Source: an uncultured delta proteobacterium
GTDB lineage: Bacteria; Desulfobacterota; Binatia; UBA9968
NCBI GenBank assembly: GCA_963771465.1
Contig: CAVYTU010000017.1
Coordinates: 608,001 to 672,000 of the forward strand
Reading direction: 5' to 3'
DNA: 64,000 nucleotides
Within the stretch, counting starts at the first letter, position 1. Every line of letters starts with the position of its first letter. Below the pieces are notes generated by a model. It ran no database searches. It was not told the DNA's origin and was given only the letters and a program-made list of their open reading frames with translations. A program made the translations under genes and the position numbers. Below are positions 1 to 9,698 of this stretch, piece by piece.

Positions 1-727
1 CGCGCAGGCTCAACGGGCCGGTGCCCTGGCCGATGCCGGACAGGCACACGTCAGTTGGCTGATCGGTCAGGATCACCGCGGCCGCGCCGTCCGTGATCGG
101 TGCGCAGTCATACAGGCGCAGCGGCGTGGCGACAAACTTACTAGCGAGATAGGTTTCGCGCGTGAGCGCCGTTTGGAACTGTGCCATCGGATTGCGCGAG
201 CCATTGCCGTGATTTTTTTGCGCTACGGCGCACAGCATGCTCTCCAGGCGCGATTGCGAGAGGCGAAATTTTTGCCGGTATCTTTCGGCGATCATGGCGG
301 CCAACGCCGGCATCGTCGCGCCGCATTGGCGCTCCTGCTTGTCGATAACCTCGGCCAGGATGCGTGTGGTCGCCGAAGTGCTGAGGTGAGTCATTTTCTC
401 GCCGGCCAGCACCAGAATCTGATGATAATAACCCGACGCGATCGCCTGAAAACCGCTCATGAGCGCGGCGGCACCGGCCGAAGAGGCGGTTTCGATTCGC
501 AGTGCCGGAATGCCGGTGAGCCCGAGTTCTTCCGCCACCTGGGAGGCGAGGTTGCTGTCGCCGGTAAACTCTTCGGGGTTCATGGCGCCAATGTAGAGCG
601 CGTCGACGGTTTGGACGTGGGTTTCCTTGAGCGCTTGTTGAGCCGCCTGGCAGAGGATCTCCACCAGCGAGCGCGAGTCTTTGCCGAACTTGGTCATGCC
701 GATGCCGGCGAGATATACGGGTTGCAT
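1..727 (-). CDS. Thiolase-superfamily protein (SCP2/archaeal type), runs off the window edge; nucleophile Cys replaced by Ser
   Basis: Not in the ORF track. Manual translation from ATG 727: MQPVYLAGIGMTKFGK...LRIETASSAGAAAL...GEKMT...KNHGNGSRNPMAQF...PLRLYDCAPITDGAAAVIL. Confidence 0.9.
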   Translation of the reverse strand, partial: MQPVYLAGIGMTKFGKDSRSLVEILCQAAQQALKETHVQTVDALYIGAMNPEEFTGDSNLASQVAEELGLTGIPALRIETASSAGAAALMSGFQAIASGYYHQILVLAGEKMTHLSTSATTRILAEVIDKQERQCGATMPALAAMIAERYRQKFRLSQSRLESMLCAVAQKNHGNGSRNPMAQFQTALTRETYLASKFVATPLRLYDCAPITDGAAAVILTDQPTDVCLSGIGQGTGPLSLR

Positions 728-1019
728 GGTGTCTCGATTTTATCTCGCAATCGGAGTCATTCCAAGATGACTTCTAAACAAACACAACAATACTGCGTGA
801 CGTTTGGATCGCGTGGCATTAAATTTTGGTTAACGGCCGACCCGTAGTGACGCGTGAGTCGGTTATTAAGCCTCACACCCCGCTTGCCATTGCTCTAGAT
901 TGCCGTGGGCGCTGCTTGACCGTGCGTTTTACCCGTACTATCCCTGAACGCCTGTCCACCGTTTGTCGGTGCCGGGTCAGCGTGTCAGGTTTGGGTTGGT
1001 AATCGATCGGAGGTGAAAC

Positions 1020-2066
1020 ATGCAAGTTGTTAAAAGGGCGGGCGTGCGCTTGACGTTGGCGCTGCAAGTTTGCTCGCTGGCGTTGTTTGTTGCCGGTGCT
1101 TTAGCGCAGACTCCTTACTACGCGGGTAAAACCATCACCATCGTGCGCGGTGGCGGCGCCGGTGGCTCGGGCGAGTTTCAATCGCGCGCGCTGGTGCCTT
1201 TTCTCAAGAAATACATTCCCGGAAACCCGACGATCACGATGGAGTTCATGGACGGCGCCTCGGGACGAAAGGGCGCCAACTATATGTATACGGCGAAACC
1301 CGACGGGCTAAAGATCGGTTCGGCGGGAGCGATGATTCCCGGCCCGATACTCGGTTTGGCAGGGAGCAACTACGACATCGACAAGTTCATTTACATCGGC
1401 TCAACGGAGACGGGTAATCCTTACGGATTTTTTACCCGCAAGACGGCGGGACTCGACAGTCTCGATAAAGTCCGGCGCACGCCGGGCGTGCGCGTCGGTG
1501 CGCACTCCGTCGGCCATTCCGTCTATGTGACGGCGCGAATGTTCGCCTACTACCTTGACTTCAAAGACCCCAAATTCGTCGTCGGTTTCAACGATCCGGA
1601 GATGGACGTAGCGCTCAATAACGGCGAGCTCGACGCGCGCACCAGCGGCAACATCGACAGTGTCTTCAAAGATCTCGGCGATCAAGTGCAGTTCCACGCA
1701 ACGATTTCCAATCCCAAAGGACGCTTCGACGCGCGGCTGCCGGGCCTGCCCGACCTTGATTCCTTTGCCAAGAACGACAAAGAGCGCAAGGTGATCGATT
1801 TGCTGCGCGCCTTTCAAGTGCCGCGCTGGCCGCACCATCTGGCGCCGGGCACGCCCCCCGAGCTAGTGAAGATACTGCGCGATGCCATGGCGAAAACTTT
1901 CAAGGATCCGGCCTTCCCGCAGGAATTCAAGAAACTTATGGGACGTGAGCCGTCGCCGCTCACCGGCGAGGAGGTCGAGAAAGCGGTGCGAGAACTGCCG
2001 CGCGACGCCGAGGTGATCGCGCTTTACAAAAAACTCGCCGATGCCGGCGCGCTGCCGCCGCGCTGA
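1020..2066 (+). CDS. TctC/Bug-family tripartite tricarboxylate transporter substrate-binding protein (divergent)
   Basis: Signal peptide, YYAGKTITI, KYIPGNPTI, AKPDGL, APGTP motifs; RBS GGAGGT. Confidence 0.88.
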   Translation: MQVVKRAGVRLTLALQVCSLALFVAGALAQTPYYAGKTITIVRGGGAGGSGEFQSRALVPFLKKYIPGNPTITMEFMDGASGRKGANYMYTAKPDGLKIGSAGAMIPGPILGLAGSNYDIDKFIYIGSTETGNPYGFFTRKTAGLDSLDKVRRTPGVRVGAHSVGHSVYVTARMFAYYLDFKDPKFVVGFNDPEMDVALNNGELDARTSGNIDSVFKDLGDQVQFHATISNPKGRFDARLPGLPDLDSFAKNDKERKVIDLLRAFQVPRWPHHLAPGTPPELVKILRDAMAKTFKDPAFPQEFKKLMGREPSPLTGEEVEKAVRELPRDAEVIALYKKLADAGALPPR

Positions 2067-2182
2067 TAGACGGATTCGAATAACTCAGGAAAACCGACCG
2101 CTCCGCTCACCAGTCACGCTGATGCCGGGCACGAAGACAACGTAGCGACGTTCGGTTCAGAAGTGTAAACCCACGGCCGGTG

Positions 2183-3277
2183 TTAGTTTACAAAAAGCTT
2201 TTTGATCGCGTCGATGACTTCCGGCGGCTGCTTCATGACTTCCAAGGCTGTCTTTTGCAATTCTGCGCCGCCCGAGTGAACCACATCGAGTCGCAGTTTC
2301 TTGGCCTCGGCAAGTAGCTCTGGGTCTTTTGTCGCCTTCTCATGGGCCGCGCGCAGAATGTTGACACGGTCGGCCGGCGTATTCGGCGCTACGAGAAACG
2401 CCCTGGCCCACTCACCGCCCTGTAACATCGCTTCGGTGGTGCGCCGTTTATTGGCCGGCGTTTTATAGCGATCCATAAGTTCGTAGACGGTCGGCGCCTC
2501 CGCGACGCGTTCACTGCGTTTGCGACCGCTTTGAGCCAGGAAGCGGACGAAACTTGTTTTGAGCCAGCTAAGAAAAGGCTCCCGCCCGTAGTAGGTGGAG
2601 ATGGTCAATCCCATGCATTGGACCTCGCCGCGCTCCAGAGCGATGGCGATTTCGCTACTGCCTGGATAGCCGGTGACATGATTTACTTTGGCACCGACCG
2701 TCTCATCCAAAATTTTTGACATGACATAGTCCGAACTGCCAACCCCGGTCGAACCGCACTTCGGCAGTTCTTTCGCTTTGATGATATCGTCGACCGATTT
2801 GAATGGCGCGTCGGCGCGCGCGAAGATAACCATATCGTCATTTTCAACCGAGCCGATCCAGTTCATTTTCGTGATATCGAATTTAACTTCTTTTTGTCCC
2901 GAAAGTTGACTCAGATAGAGATTATTGTGCGGCGCCAGGATCGTTAAGCCGTCAGGTTTGGCGACGCCCCAAACGTAGTTCGCCGCAGTGACCGAGCCCG
3001 CTCCCGGCATGTTCTGCACTACGATGCTTGGATTTCCCGGAATATACTTGCCCATCTGGCGCGCCATCATGCGCGCGGCACGGTCGTAACCGCCGCCAGT
3101 GCTTAGGCCGACGATGATGCGAATGGTTTTGCCATTGTAGAAATCCGTCTGCGCTCCGACCGACCTGACGAGAGCAACCGTCAAAAGCAATAAGCACAGA
3201 GCCGCTACGGAGCAGTTGCCGAGATTCAATTGTTTGCATGGAAGTCCTTTCACTACGTGATTTTGACTATCCGTCAT
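2183..3277 (-). CDS. TctC/Bug-family substrate-binding protein
   Basis: GKTIRIIVGLSTGGGYD, YIPGNPSIVVQNMPGAGS, AKPDGLT, VTGYPG, LERGEV; start codon uncertain. Confidence 0.9.
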   Translation of the reverse strand: MTDSQNHVVKGLPCKQLNLGNCSVAALCLLLLTVALVRSVGAQTDFYNGKTIRIIVGLSTGGGYDRAARMMARQMGKYIPGNPSIVVQNMPGAGSVTAANYVWGVAKPDGLTILAPHNNLYLSQLSGQKEVKFDITKMNWIGSVENDDMVIFARADAPFKSVDDIIKAKELPKCGSTGVGSSDYVMSKILDETVGAKVNHVTGYPGSSEIAIALERGEVQCMGLTISTYYGREPFLSWLKTSFVRFLAQSGRKRSERVAEAPTVYELMDRYKTPANKRRTTEAMLQGGEWARAFLVAPNTPADRVNILRAAHEKATKDPELLAEAKKLRLDVVHSGGAELQKTALEVMKQPPEVIDAIKKLFVN

Positions 3278-3943
3278 TTAGCATACCGCATCGTCGTACG
3301 GTTTCCAGCCGCCGTTCCAATCCAAATATTCCAAGCCGGTAAATCTCTTTTTGTAATCGTAGGTGAACGGCTCTCGGTAGGCGTAGCCGGGATAGTAGTA
3401 ACGGCAATTTTGTTGGCGCGAGAACTCGATCGAACGGAGCATCATGAGGATGCCGAGACTACGCTTCGCTTCGGCAGGATCGAAAATGGCGTACACCGCA
3501 GATGTCGAGGACTCGCCGATATCGAGGAAGGTCACACCGACGAGTCTCTCGTGAAGGTAAACGCAGAGTTCGAGATTGACGCATGGAACCTCGGCCGGAT
3601 TCGGCGACAAGAAATTAAACAAGGAGTCGGGGACGTTATCGTCGAAGCGGACGCGATGCTTTTCGAATATCGCTTCTTTCTCGCCGTCAATGAACGATGG
3701 GCGGAGTATTATCTTGGTGTCTTGATTCTTGGCCAGCACGCGCTTTTGGCTGCGGCTCAATGTGAATCGTTCGAGGTCGACGCGCAGCGGCAAAACTGTA
3801 AAGGGTTTCCCCGCATGCACTGAGTACCGATAGCGGACAAAGATAATGCCGAAGTGACGCCAGCCGTCGGCCCAGATTTGATCCATCTTTCTCGGCGAAG
3901 CGCGCAGACAGAGAAAATGTTCGTCGTCGTTAGGGTAGGTCAT
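3278..3943 (-). CDS. Aminoacyl-tRNA--protein transferase, ATE/Bpt family
   Basis: GWRHFG, PLRVDL, SRSQKRV, SAVYAIFDP, RSLGIL, YYYPGY, YKKRF motifs. Confidence 0.85.
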   Translation of the reverse strand: MTYPNDDEHFLCLRASPRKMDQIWADGWRHFGIIFVRYRYSVHAGKPFTVLPLRVDLERFTLSRSQKRVLAKNQDTKIILRPSFIDGEKEAIFEKHRVRFDDNVPDSLFNFLSPNPAEVPCVNLELCVYLHERLVGVTFLDIGESSTSAVYAIFDPAEAKRSLGILMMLRSIEFSRQQNCRYYYPGYAYREPFTYDYKKRFTGLEYLDWNGGWKPYDDAVC

Positions 3944-4001
3944 GGTTTGCAACCAAGCGGCCACGTTAGCACTGAGTTCGCTTGTCCATTTTTAGGCGCT
4001 G

Positions 4002-4862
4002 TCAAATCGCGCATCCGCCGAGGGTTATCGGTCCATCGATGACGCTTGCCAACGGTTCGTAGAGTACGCCGCGATAATTGCTCGCCAGCTCGACGCGGCC
4101 AAGATGCGGCGCCGACCGTTCATGGCGGCTTTCCCGCTGGTAGTTGGCGTTCTCGCCAAAGCTGTCCAAGAGATAGTTTGCTAACTCGACTCGCGACACC
4201 GCGCGCGTCGCCGACACGTGGCGCAATCCAGTCTCGTCGCCTTGGGCCAATCGCATTACCCGTAGCGCCAAATGGTTGGCCCAAACCACCGAGCGATATT
4301 CGTCATGGACGATGGTCACGGGAAGCTGGCGCTGAGTGCGATAACGCAGCCAATCCCAATGACCGGTGCGACCGTTGGGCGACGGGCCGATCGCCAGGCC
4401 GACGCGGATGATCAACGAGCCGGGACGATTCATAACCAATTCTTCGGCTTCGACACGGGTTCTGCCGTAGACACTGATTGGGCAGGTCGCCGAGTCTTCG
4501 GCGTACACACCATCGCCGCCAAATACATGATCGGATGAAACGTAGACCAGTCGAGTTTTCGCCGGCAACGCTGCGATCACCCGCTTGAGATAAACCAGAT
4601 TCACCTCGCGCGCCCAATCGGGCGCAGCTTCACAGCGCGGCACGTCGCACACCGCGTGACAGTGCAGCAAGACGTCCGGTTGATATTGCGAGAAGATGGC
4701 ATCAGGCCAAGCCGGTTCTTCAAGATTCAACACCGGCCACTGGCGAATCGACTGGGCGCGATTTGCCCGCGTGATAAAGGGCAAAACCGTATCGGGAAAT
4801 AAGCGCGCGATGCTAAAGCCGAGGATTGAAGTGGCGCCGAACAGGAGCGTGGATGGTGACAT
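4002..4862 (-). CDS. RmlD-like extended SDR oxidoreductase with atypical motifs
   Basis: N-terminal Rossmann GATSILG, YVSSDHVFGG, YGRTR at the YxxxK position. Confidence 0.8.
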   Translation of the reverse strand: MSPSTLLFGATSILGFSIARLFPDTVLPFITRANRAQSIRQWPVLNLEEPAWPDAIFSQYQPDVLLHCHAVCDVPRCEAAPDWAREVNLVYLKRVIAALPAKTRLVYVSSDHVFGGDGVYAEDSATCPISVYGRTRVEAEELVMNRPGSLIIRVGLAIGPSPNGRTGHWDWLRYRTQRQLPVTIVHDEYRSVVWANHLALRVMRLAQGDETGLRHVSATRAVSRVELANYLLDSFGENANYQRESRHERSAPHLGRVELASNYRGVLYEPLASVIDGPITLGGCAI

Positions 4863-4974
4863 CGGTGTACGCTTAGATTGCTTTTCTCGGTGGTTTCTTC
4901 GAGTGGTATATTCGCTGAATGTTCGAGGCTCCGGGGATGCGAGTGGATAGCGGCGTTTTTCAGTGGTCGACCAT

Positions 4975-5200
4975 TATTGCCGTTGAGAAGCGCTCTGCCA
5001 CGTGGTGTGAGCGCGACCTCAGAACTGTGCGACGACTTCAATTTCTTCGATTTGTATCAGGCCGTCGATTATCGCGTCTTCCCAAATGGTCTGCCGCGGA
5101 CAATGGCTTTGCCACGCTTCCATGGCCTCGTCGTATGTGCGGCGGCGGTCGGCGACCCAGGTCAGAAACTCAAGCATCAAAGTTCAGGCGATTCGGCCAT
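4975..5200 (-). pseudogene. Frameshifted small hypothetical protein with winged-helix-like C-terminus
   Basis: MAESPEL / MLEFLTWVADRRRTYDEAMEAWQSHCPRQTIWEDAIIDGLIQIEE / SSHSSEVALTPRGRALL read across two frameshifts (near 5180 and 5042); 3' end approximate. Confidence 0.55.
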
Positions 5201-5342
5201 GCCTTTTCACTCACTTCAATTATTCATATATCATCGGCGAAACCGAACCGACTAAATTCCATCATTTCCCTTACAACTTCGCAATGGAGCCGGTTCTCTC
5301 GATTGTTTCGATCGAAACTCTCTGCCAGCGACAGTCCCAGCG

Positions 5343-6752
5343 TCACTTAAAAAATCTGCCGTATTTTTTGATCACCTTATCTTTCATCTCCTTGCTCGAT
5401 CCGGAGGCCAGCGGATAATCTTTGATCCATTCATACGGTCGCGTCGCGTCGATGACGGCGCGGGTGCTGAAGCCTTTTTTATCTTTAGGAATCACCGGAT
5501 CAAGCGGACCGCTCCAGGCGCGCCGGATAAAGTCGGTGTCGTTGGCTGGGTCAGAACGCGTGCACATCGCCCACATCACGTCGTTGATGTCATAGGGATC
5601 GATGTCGTCGTCGACGACGACGATGTAGCGGCCCAGATAGGCGCCGGCGCCGCATTGGGCGGCGACGAAGCCGGCTTGTTTGGCGTGGCCGGGATAGCGT
5701 TGCTTGATCGACACGGCGGTGAAAAATCTTCCTTGAAAGCAGGCGACGCCGCGGATGTCCGGCACCCCGGCTTTTTCCATGTGATCCCAGATGAACGCCG
5801 AGCGCACGAGGTTATCGTCCGAGCCACCTGGCGGGCGCGACGATGGCGCGCCGGTGAGGATCGGATTGTTCCGATGCATCAACCGTTTCACTTTGATGAT
5901 CGGTTCGGTGCGCTCGCCGCTGGCGTAGTAGCCGGTCCATTCGCCGTAGGGCCCTTCGCGCCGTTGCTGATCGGGCAGACACTCGCCTTCGATGGTGATT
6001 TCAGAAAATGCCGGAATCGGCAAGCCGGTGTGCTTGCCGAGCACGACTTCGATCGCTTGGCCACGAATGCCGCCGGCGTAATCGTATTCTGATTTTCCCC
6101 AGGGCAAACTATTCGCCGCCGCGGTCAGCAGCAGCGGATCGTCGCCGAAGCTGATCGCCACCGGACAGGGCCGCCCTTGATCGAAATATTTTTGCCGGAT
6201 GATGCGGCCCTGTTTGCCTGGCGAGATGTAAAGCGCCAGAGTGTCTTTGTCGTGCACCATGACACGGTAGCAGCCGATGTTGACCCAGCCTTCGTCGATA
6301 TCGCGGGTGATGACGAGATGGGCCGTGCCCATGTAGCGGCCGCCGTCTTCTTCGTGCCAGTGCGGCACCGGCAGCGCTAGCAGATCGATGTCCTTGCCCT
6401 CGTAAACGTTCTCCATCACCGGCCCGCTTTCAACGATACGCGGCGGTATATAAGCGGGATTGTTCAAGCGCTGGCGCCAGGCTTGAATAAATTGATTGCG
6501 GTCGTAGTCGAGCGGTAGATGAGTCGTCAAACATTGGCGCTTGAGCGACTGATGATGCACGCCGACGAGCACGCGGTGGCCGGCGGGATAATCTTTGATC
6601 TTGTCGAAGAGAATCGCCGAGTAGGGCGGGTTGCGCGCGTAGACTTCGGTCAGCGCTCCCATTTCGTATTTCCAGTCGCAGCCCTCGACGGTTTTTAGCT
6701 CGCCAAAGCGGTCGACGTTTTCCATCCAGCCACGTAAATCGTTGTAGAGCAT
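5343..6752 (-). CDS. UbiD-family prFMN-dependent (de)carboxylase
   Basis: DGGRY, NIGCYR, EGPYGEWTGYY, VSIKQRYPGHAKQ, VVVDDDID motifs. Confidence 0.95.
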   Translation of the reverse strand: MLYNDLRGWMENVDRFGELKTVEGCDWKYEMGALTEVYARNPPYSAILFDKIKDYPAGHRVLVGVHHQSLKRQCLTTHLPLDYDRNQFIQAWRQRLNNPAYIPPRIVESGPVMENVYEGKDIDLLALPVPHWHEEDGGRYMGTAHLVITRDIDEGWVNIGCYRVMVHDKDTLALYISPGKQGRIIRQKYFDQGRPCPVAISFGDDPLLLTAAANSLPWGKSEYDYAGGIRGQAIEVVLGKHTGLPIPAFSEITIEGECLPDQQRREGPYGEWTGYYASGERTEPIIKVKRLMHRNNPILTGAPSSRPPGGSDDNLVRSAFIWDHMEKAGVPDIRGVACFQGRFFTAVSIKQRYPGHAKQAGFVAAQCGAGAYLGRYIVVVDDDIDPYDINDVMWAMCTRSDPANDTDFIRRAWSGPLDPVIPKDKKGFSTRAVIDATRPYEWIKDYPLASGSSKEMKDKVIKKYGRFFK

Positions 6753-6773
6753 CTGTTCAGTCCTTTCTGAATA

Positions 6774-6959
6774 TTATCTTTGACCGCGTTGGACAACCAC
6801 CGCTTCCAACTCGGCGTCGGCGATGGCGCCGAAACGTTCACCCGAAAAGCCGACGAGACTCGGATAGAGAACGGCGCAGTCAACGCCGTCGTCGCTCATC
6901 GCCTTAAGCCGGGCGGCTAGAGTCGGCGCTGATGATGCCGTGACGAATTTCCATTTCAA
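6774..6959 (-). pseudogene. Remnant of an amidohydrolase_2 gene
   Basis: ARLKAMSDDGVDCAVLYPS matches the R..MD.DG.D..VLYP segment of the two intact amidohydrolases in this window; only 61 codons. Confidence 0.6.
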
Positions 6960-7005
6960 TTTTTCTCTAGCACGCCGTGCCCGATTGTCGATGGATACTT
7001 ATTTC

Positions 7006-7692
7006 TTAATCCATTTCGGCCATCGCCACCGCCACGGCACCGTGAAAGCAGCGTTCGATGGCGAGCGACTCCTCGGCGCCGCGCAAAATCTGCTCAGCGG
7101 TCAAGTCATCGACCACGTAGCGCGTGAAGACTTCTTCGAGCAGATCGGTATGATCCACGTCGGCGACCAGATGAACTTGCACGTTGATGTCTTGGTCTTT
7201 CCTTTTGATGCCGAGCTCGACTTCTTGGCGTTGCACCAAACGCTGGGTCAGCGTGCCGCCCTTGACGATCTGGTCGTTGTTGCGCCGTTCCAAGATGTGC
7301 GAGCAGGCGAGGCCTTCGAGCCAGGGTTTTTCTTGGGCGCAGTGGAGCCAAGCGTAAAACGCGGCGCGCGCGCCGGGAATCATGTCCGATTCTTTGTGAT
7401 TGCCCAAGTCGTCTTCCGTGACGTGCGCCTTGCCCATGCGCGGGTCGTAGATCAATTCATCTTTCTCGTGCTCCCATATCGCGCGTTTAACATCGAGTGG
7501 CGCTCTGCAAGAAACCGCCGCCCAGCAGTCGCGCCGGTTGTTGCTGAAAAAATTCATGTGCAAATGGCGCAACGCGAGCCGCGGCGGTGTGAGCGAGACG
7601 GCGAGCAGCCGGCGAATTTCCGGAGTCTCGTACCATTGGTTGACCATGACATCCAATTGTTTAGCGACTTCGCGCCATTTATTCATTGGCAT
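7006..7692 (-). CDS. Heme-oxygenase-like diiron oxidase (PqqC/CADD/TenA fold)
   Basis: EKDE...H, ILE, H...DVDH metal-ligand spacing in an all-helical sequence; start reassigned to ATG 7692 on promoter evidence. Confidence 0.75.
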   Translation of the reverse strand: MPMNKWREVAKQLDVMVNQWYETPEIRRLLAVSLTPPRLALRHLHMNFFSNNRRDCWAAVSCRAPLDVKRAIWEHEKDELIYDPRMGKAHVTEDDLGNHKESDMIPGARAAFYAWLHCAQEKPWLEGLACSHILERRNNDQIVKGGTLTQRLVQRQEVELGIKRKDQDINVQVHLVADVDHTDLLEEVFTRYVVDDLTAEQILRGAEESLAIERCFHGAVAVAMAEMD

Positions 7693-7698
7693 GGCGCG

Positions 7699-7728
7699 AA
7701 TATACGTCTGCGCCGAAACTGCTGTCAA
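7699..7728 (-). promoter_or_regulatory. Sigma70-type promoter, probably leaderless transcript
   Basis: TTGACA-N18-TATATT, then 6 nt to ATG 7692; no SD sequence. Confidence 0.7.
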
Positions 7729-7784
7729 TTCAATCGGCAGCGAGATTGTGAGTCGAGATGATCGAAATGGCAACGATTCGGCGA

Positions 7785-8444
7785 TCAGCTATGGCTGCGC
7801 GTGAAACTCATCATGCGGCCGCGGCGCGATGAGGTCTCGGCGCCGGCGAAGGCGAGCCGCTGCTCGGTGCGGCTATAGCCCTCGGCGCTCATCTTGCTGC
7901 TGAATTGGCCGCAGCGCGTGCGGCCGGGGTCGGCCAATATGACTTGCGCGGTGGATTCGGTATGACAGGCGAGAAAAGCCGAAAGCAGGGCGGGGTGGCC
8001 GCGCTCGTAAAGCAGATCGCTACCGACGATCAAGTCAAAGCGGCCGAGATCGGGATTGGGACCGGCCCACGGGGCCTGGTGAAACTTGACCGGTGGCAGG
8101 CCGTTGAGTTGGGCATTGAAGCGAAGAAATTCTTCGGCCAACGGATGATAATCGCTGGCCGTGATATCGGCGCCGCGCCGTTGCAGCACCAGGCTGCACA
8201 GGCCGATGCCGCAGCCGACCTCGAGAATCTTCATCCCGGCAAAGGCGAAGCGGCTCATCTCTTGGGCCAACGCAATGCCGGCGGGCCAAACCACACCGAA
8301 GATTGGCCACGCCGCAGAGGAAATACCGGCGTGCTCGGCGCGCCCGTCAGGGTCGGAGAATTGCTGAAGGTTGCAGAGAGCGCGGACGTGATAATCTTCG
8401 CGGCCGATCCGGTGCGTCGAGGTTTCCACCGAGTATCCCGGCAT
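7785..8444 (-). CDS. Class I SAM-dependent methyltransferase, Methyltransf_16 (METTL21/23-like) family
   Basis: WPIFGVVWPAG, ILEVGCGIGL, ITASDY, FDLIVGSDLLY (DxxY), LADPGR; RBS AAAGGAG. Confidence 0.88.
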   Translation of the reverse strand: MPGYSVETSTHRIGREDYHVRALCNLQQFSDPDGRAEHAGISSAAWPIFGVVWPAGIALAQEMSRFAFAGMKILEVGCGIGLCSLVLQRRGADITASDYHPLAEEFLRFNAQLNGLPPVKFHQAPWAGPNPDLGRFDLIVGSDLLYERGHPALLSAFLACHTESTAQVILADPGRTRCGQFSSKMSAEGYSRTEQRLAFAGAETSSRRGRMMSFTRSHS

Positions 8445-8653
8445 TGGATTTTCTCCTTTGGCGCTTTGCAAGAAGCGCCGCTGGTGGTTGCGGAAAAGAG
8501 TTTGGGGATGTTCGTCGAAGCGCTGTCAGACGAGTTGTCGAGCGCGCAGGGAGTGACTCAATCGGGAGATCTCACATGGCGTGAGTATGACATGTGGGTG
8601 AGGATGGGTAAAGCCAGCAGAAACGGCTAGACCCGACTGCCGTGAAACGAGGC

Positions 8654-8691
8654 AGCAATACCGTTCACGGTTCACCATGAACGGTATTGCT
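8654..8691. terminator. Perfect 14-bp inverted repeat; possible terminator or RNA-stabilising hairpin downstream of the Ivy gene
   Basis: AGCAATACCGTTCA-N10-TGAACGGTATTGCT; no clear U-tract. Confidence 0.4.
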
Positions 8692-8785
8692 AGATCGCGA
8701 ATTTTACTTACTTGTGGTTTCGCCCTGAACGTTGTCGAAGGGCTCCGAGTGAAATACGACTGCGGCTCATTTTGGCGCGAAACGA

Positions 8786-9610
8786 TCAGCGGTTTTGCCG
8801 CCATTCGGCAACCCACAGCCGGTCCAATTCGGCCGCCACCGCTGGCGGCGGATTGCCGATGAGCGAAGCCCGGCGGCGATCGAAAACCTTGCCGTAAACT
8901 TTTCCTTGTGCCGCCGAATAGAGGAGCACCACGTTGTTATCACCGCAATCGTGGTTCTTACAGGATTTGGCAAACACATATTCATTGCCGGCTACATTGA
9001 TTTTTGTCGTCGGCGTTGCCGGGCCGTCGAGGTCGGTGAGCCATCTCTCGTTAACTTTGGCTCCGAGCGCCCTGTAATAGACGGGTTTGAACTTGGGATC
9101 TTGCAATAGATCCCAGGGATTGATCATTGGCTCGCCAACAGATGCAGGGGCGGCTGCGGGCGCAGGTGTGGCCGGCCGGCCGGCAGCGTCGCAGCTGCGA
9201 TACTTTTGCCCGACCAACGCTTTGCCGAGGGCCGCTTGGACCTCGCGGTCGCCATCGGGCACGATGTAGAGGCCGGATCTGTCTTGATAAACGATGAACA
9301 GAAGCTGGATATCGCGGCGCACTTCGCTCGCGAGCGCTACCTGGTAATCAGGCGGAGGAGAATTTCCGAAGAAGGAATGCTGCGCTTGCACGTTGCGGCC
9401 GGTCAATCGTTTGTTGTTTTGCTCGACCATCAGCGCATCGCTAACGACGCGCAGCCGCGGCGCCGAGGGATTACCGCAGTTGGTCGAATAGGTGCCGCCC
9501 CAAAGCCTGATCGAGTCCGCGTCCAACTTGCTCTGCGCCCAAGCCGGCGACGCCAGCGCGATCAGCGAAGCGGTTGTCGCGTAAGAAATCAATCGTTCCG
9601 TGCTGTTCAT
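8786..9610 (-). CDS. Secreted two-domain protein with C-terminal Ivy (lysozyme inhibitor) domain
   Basis: Signal peptide (AWA), Pro/Ala linker, then GPATP...YVFAKSCKNHDC...VLLYS...VYG matching the Ivy CKPHDC loop; RBS GGAGG. Confidence 0.8.
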   Translation of the reverse strand: MNSTERLISYATTASLIALASPAWAQSKLDADSIRLWGGTYSTNCGNPSAPRLRVVSDALMVEQNNKRLTGRNVQAQHSFFGNSPPPDYQVALASEVRRDIQLLFIVYQDRSGLYIVPDGDREVQAALGKALVGQKYRSCDAAGRPATPAPAAAPASVGEPMINPWDLLQDPKFKPVYYRALGAKVNERWLTDLDGPATPTTKINVAGNEYVFAKSCKNHDCGDNNVVLLYSAAQGKVYGKVFDRRRASLIGNPPPAVAAELDRLWVAEWRQNR

Positions 9611-9698
9611 GCGAGTTCCTCCGTCCATTGCTTGTAGACGATCTTTCAGCCGCAGTAAACCCGTCTCTTGCCTGGGGCAAAGCAAAAAAGACCGGTGG

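Noticed and set aside
173-847. 224-aa plus-strand ORF
   Set aside because: Antisense shadow of the thiolase-like gene on the minus strand
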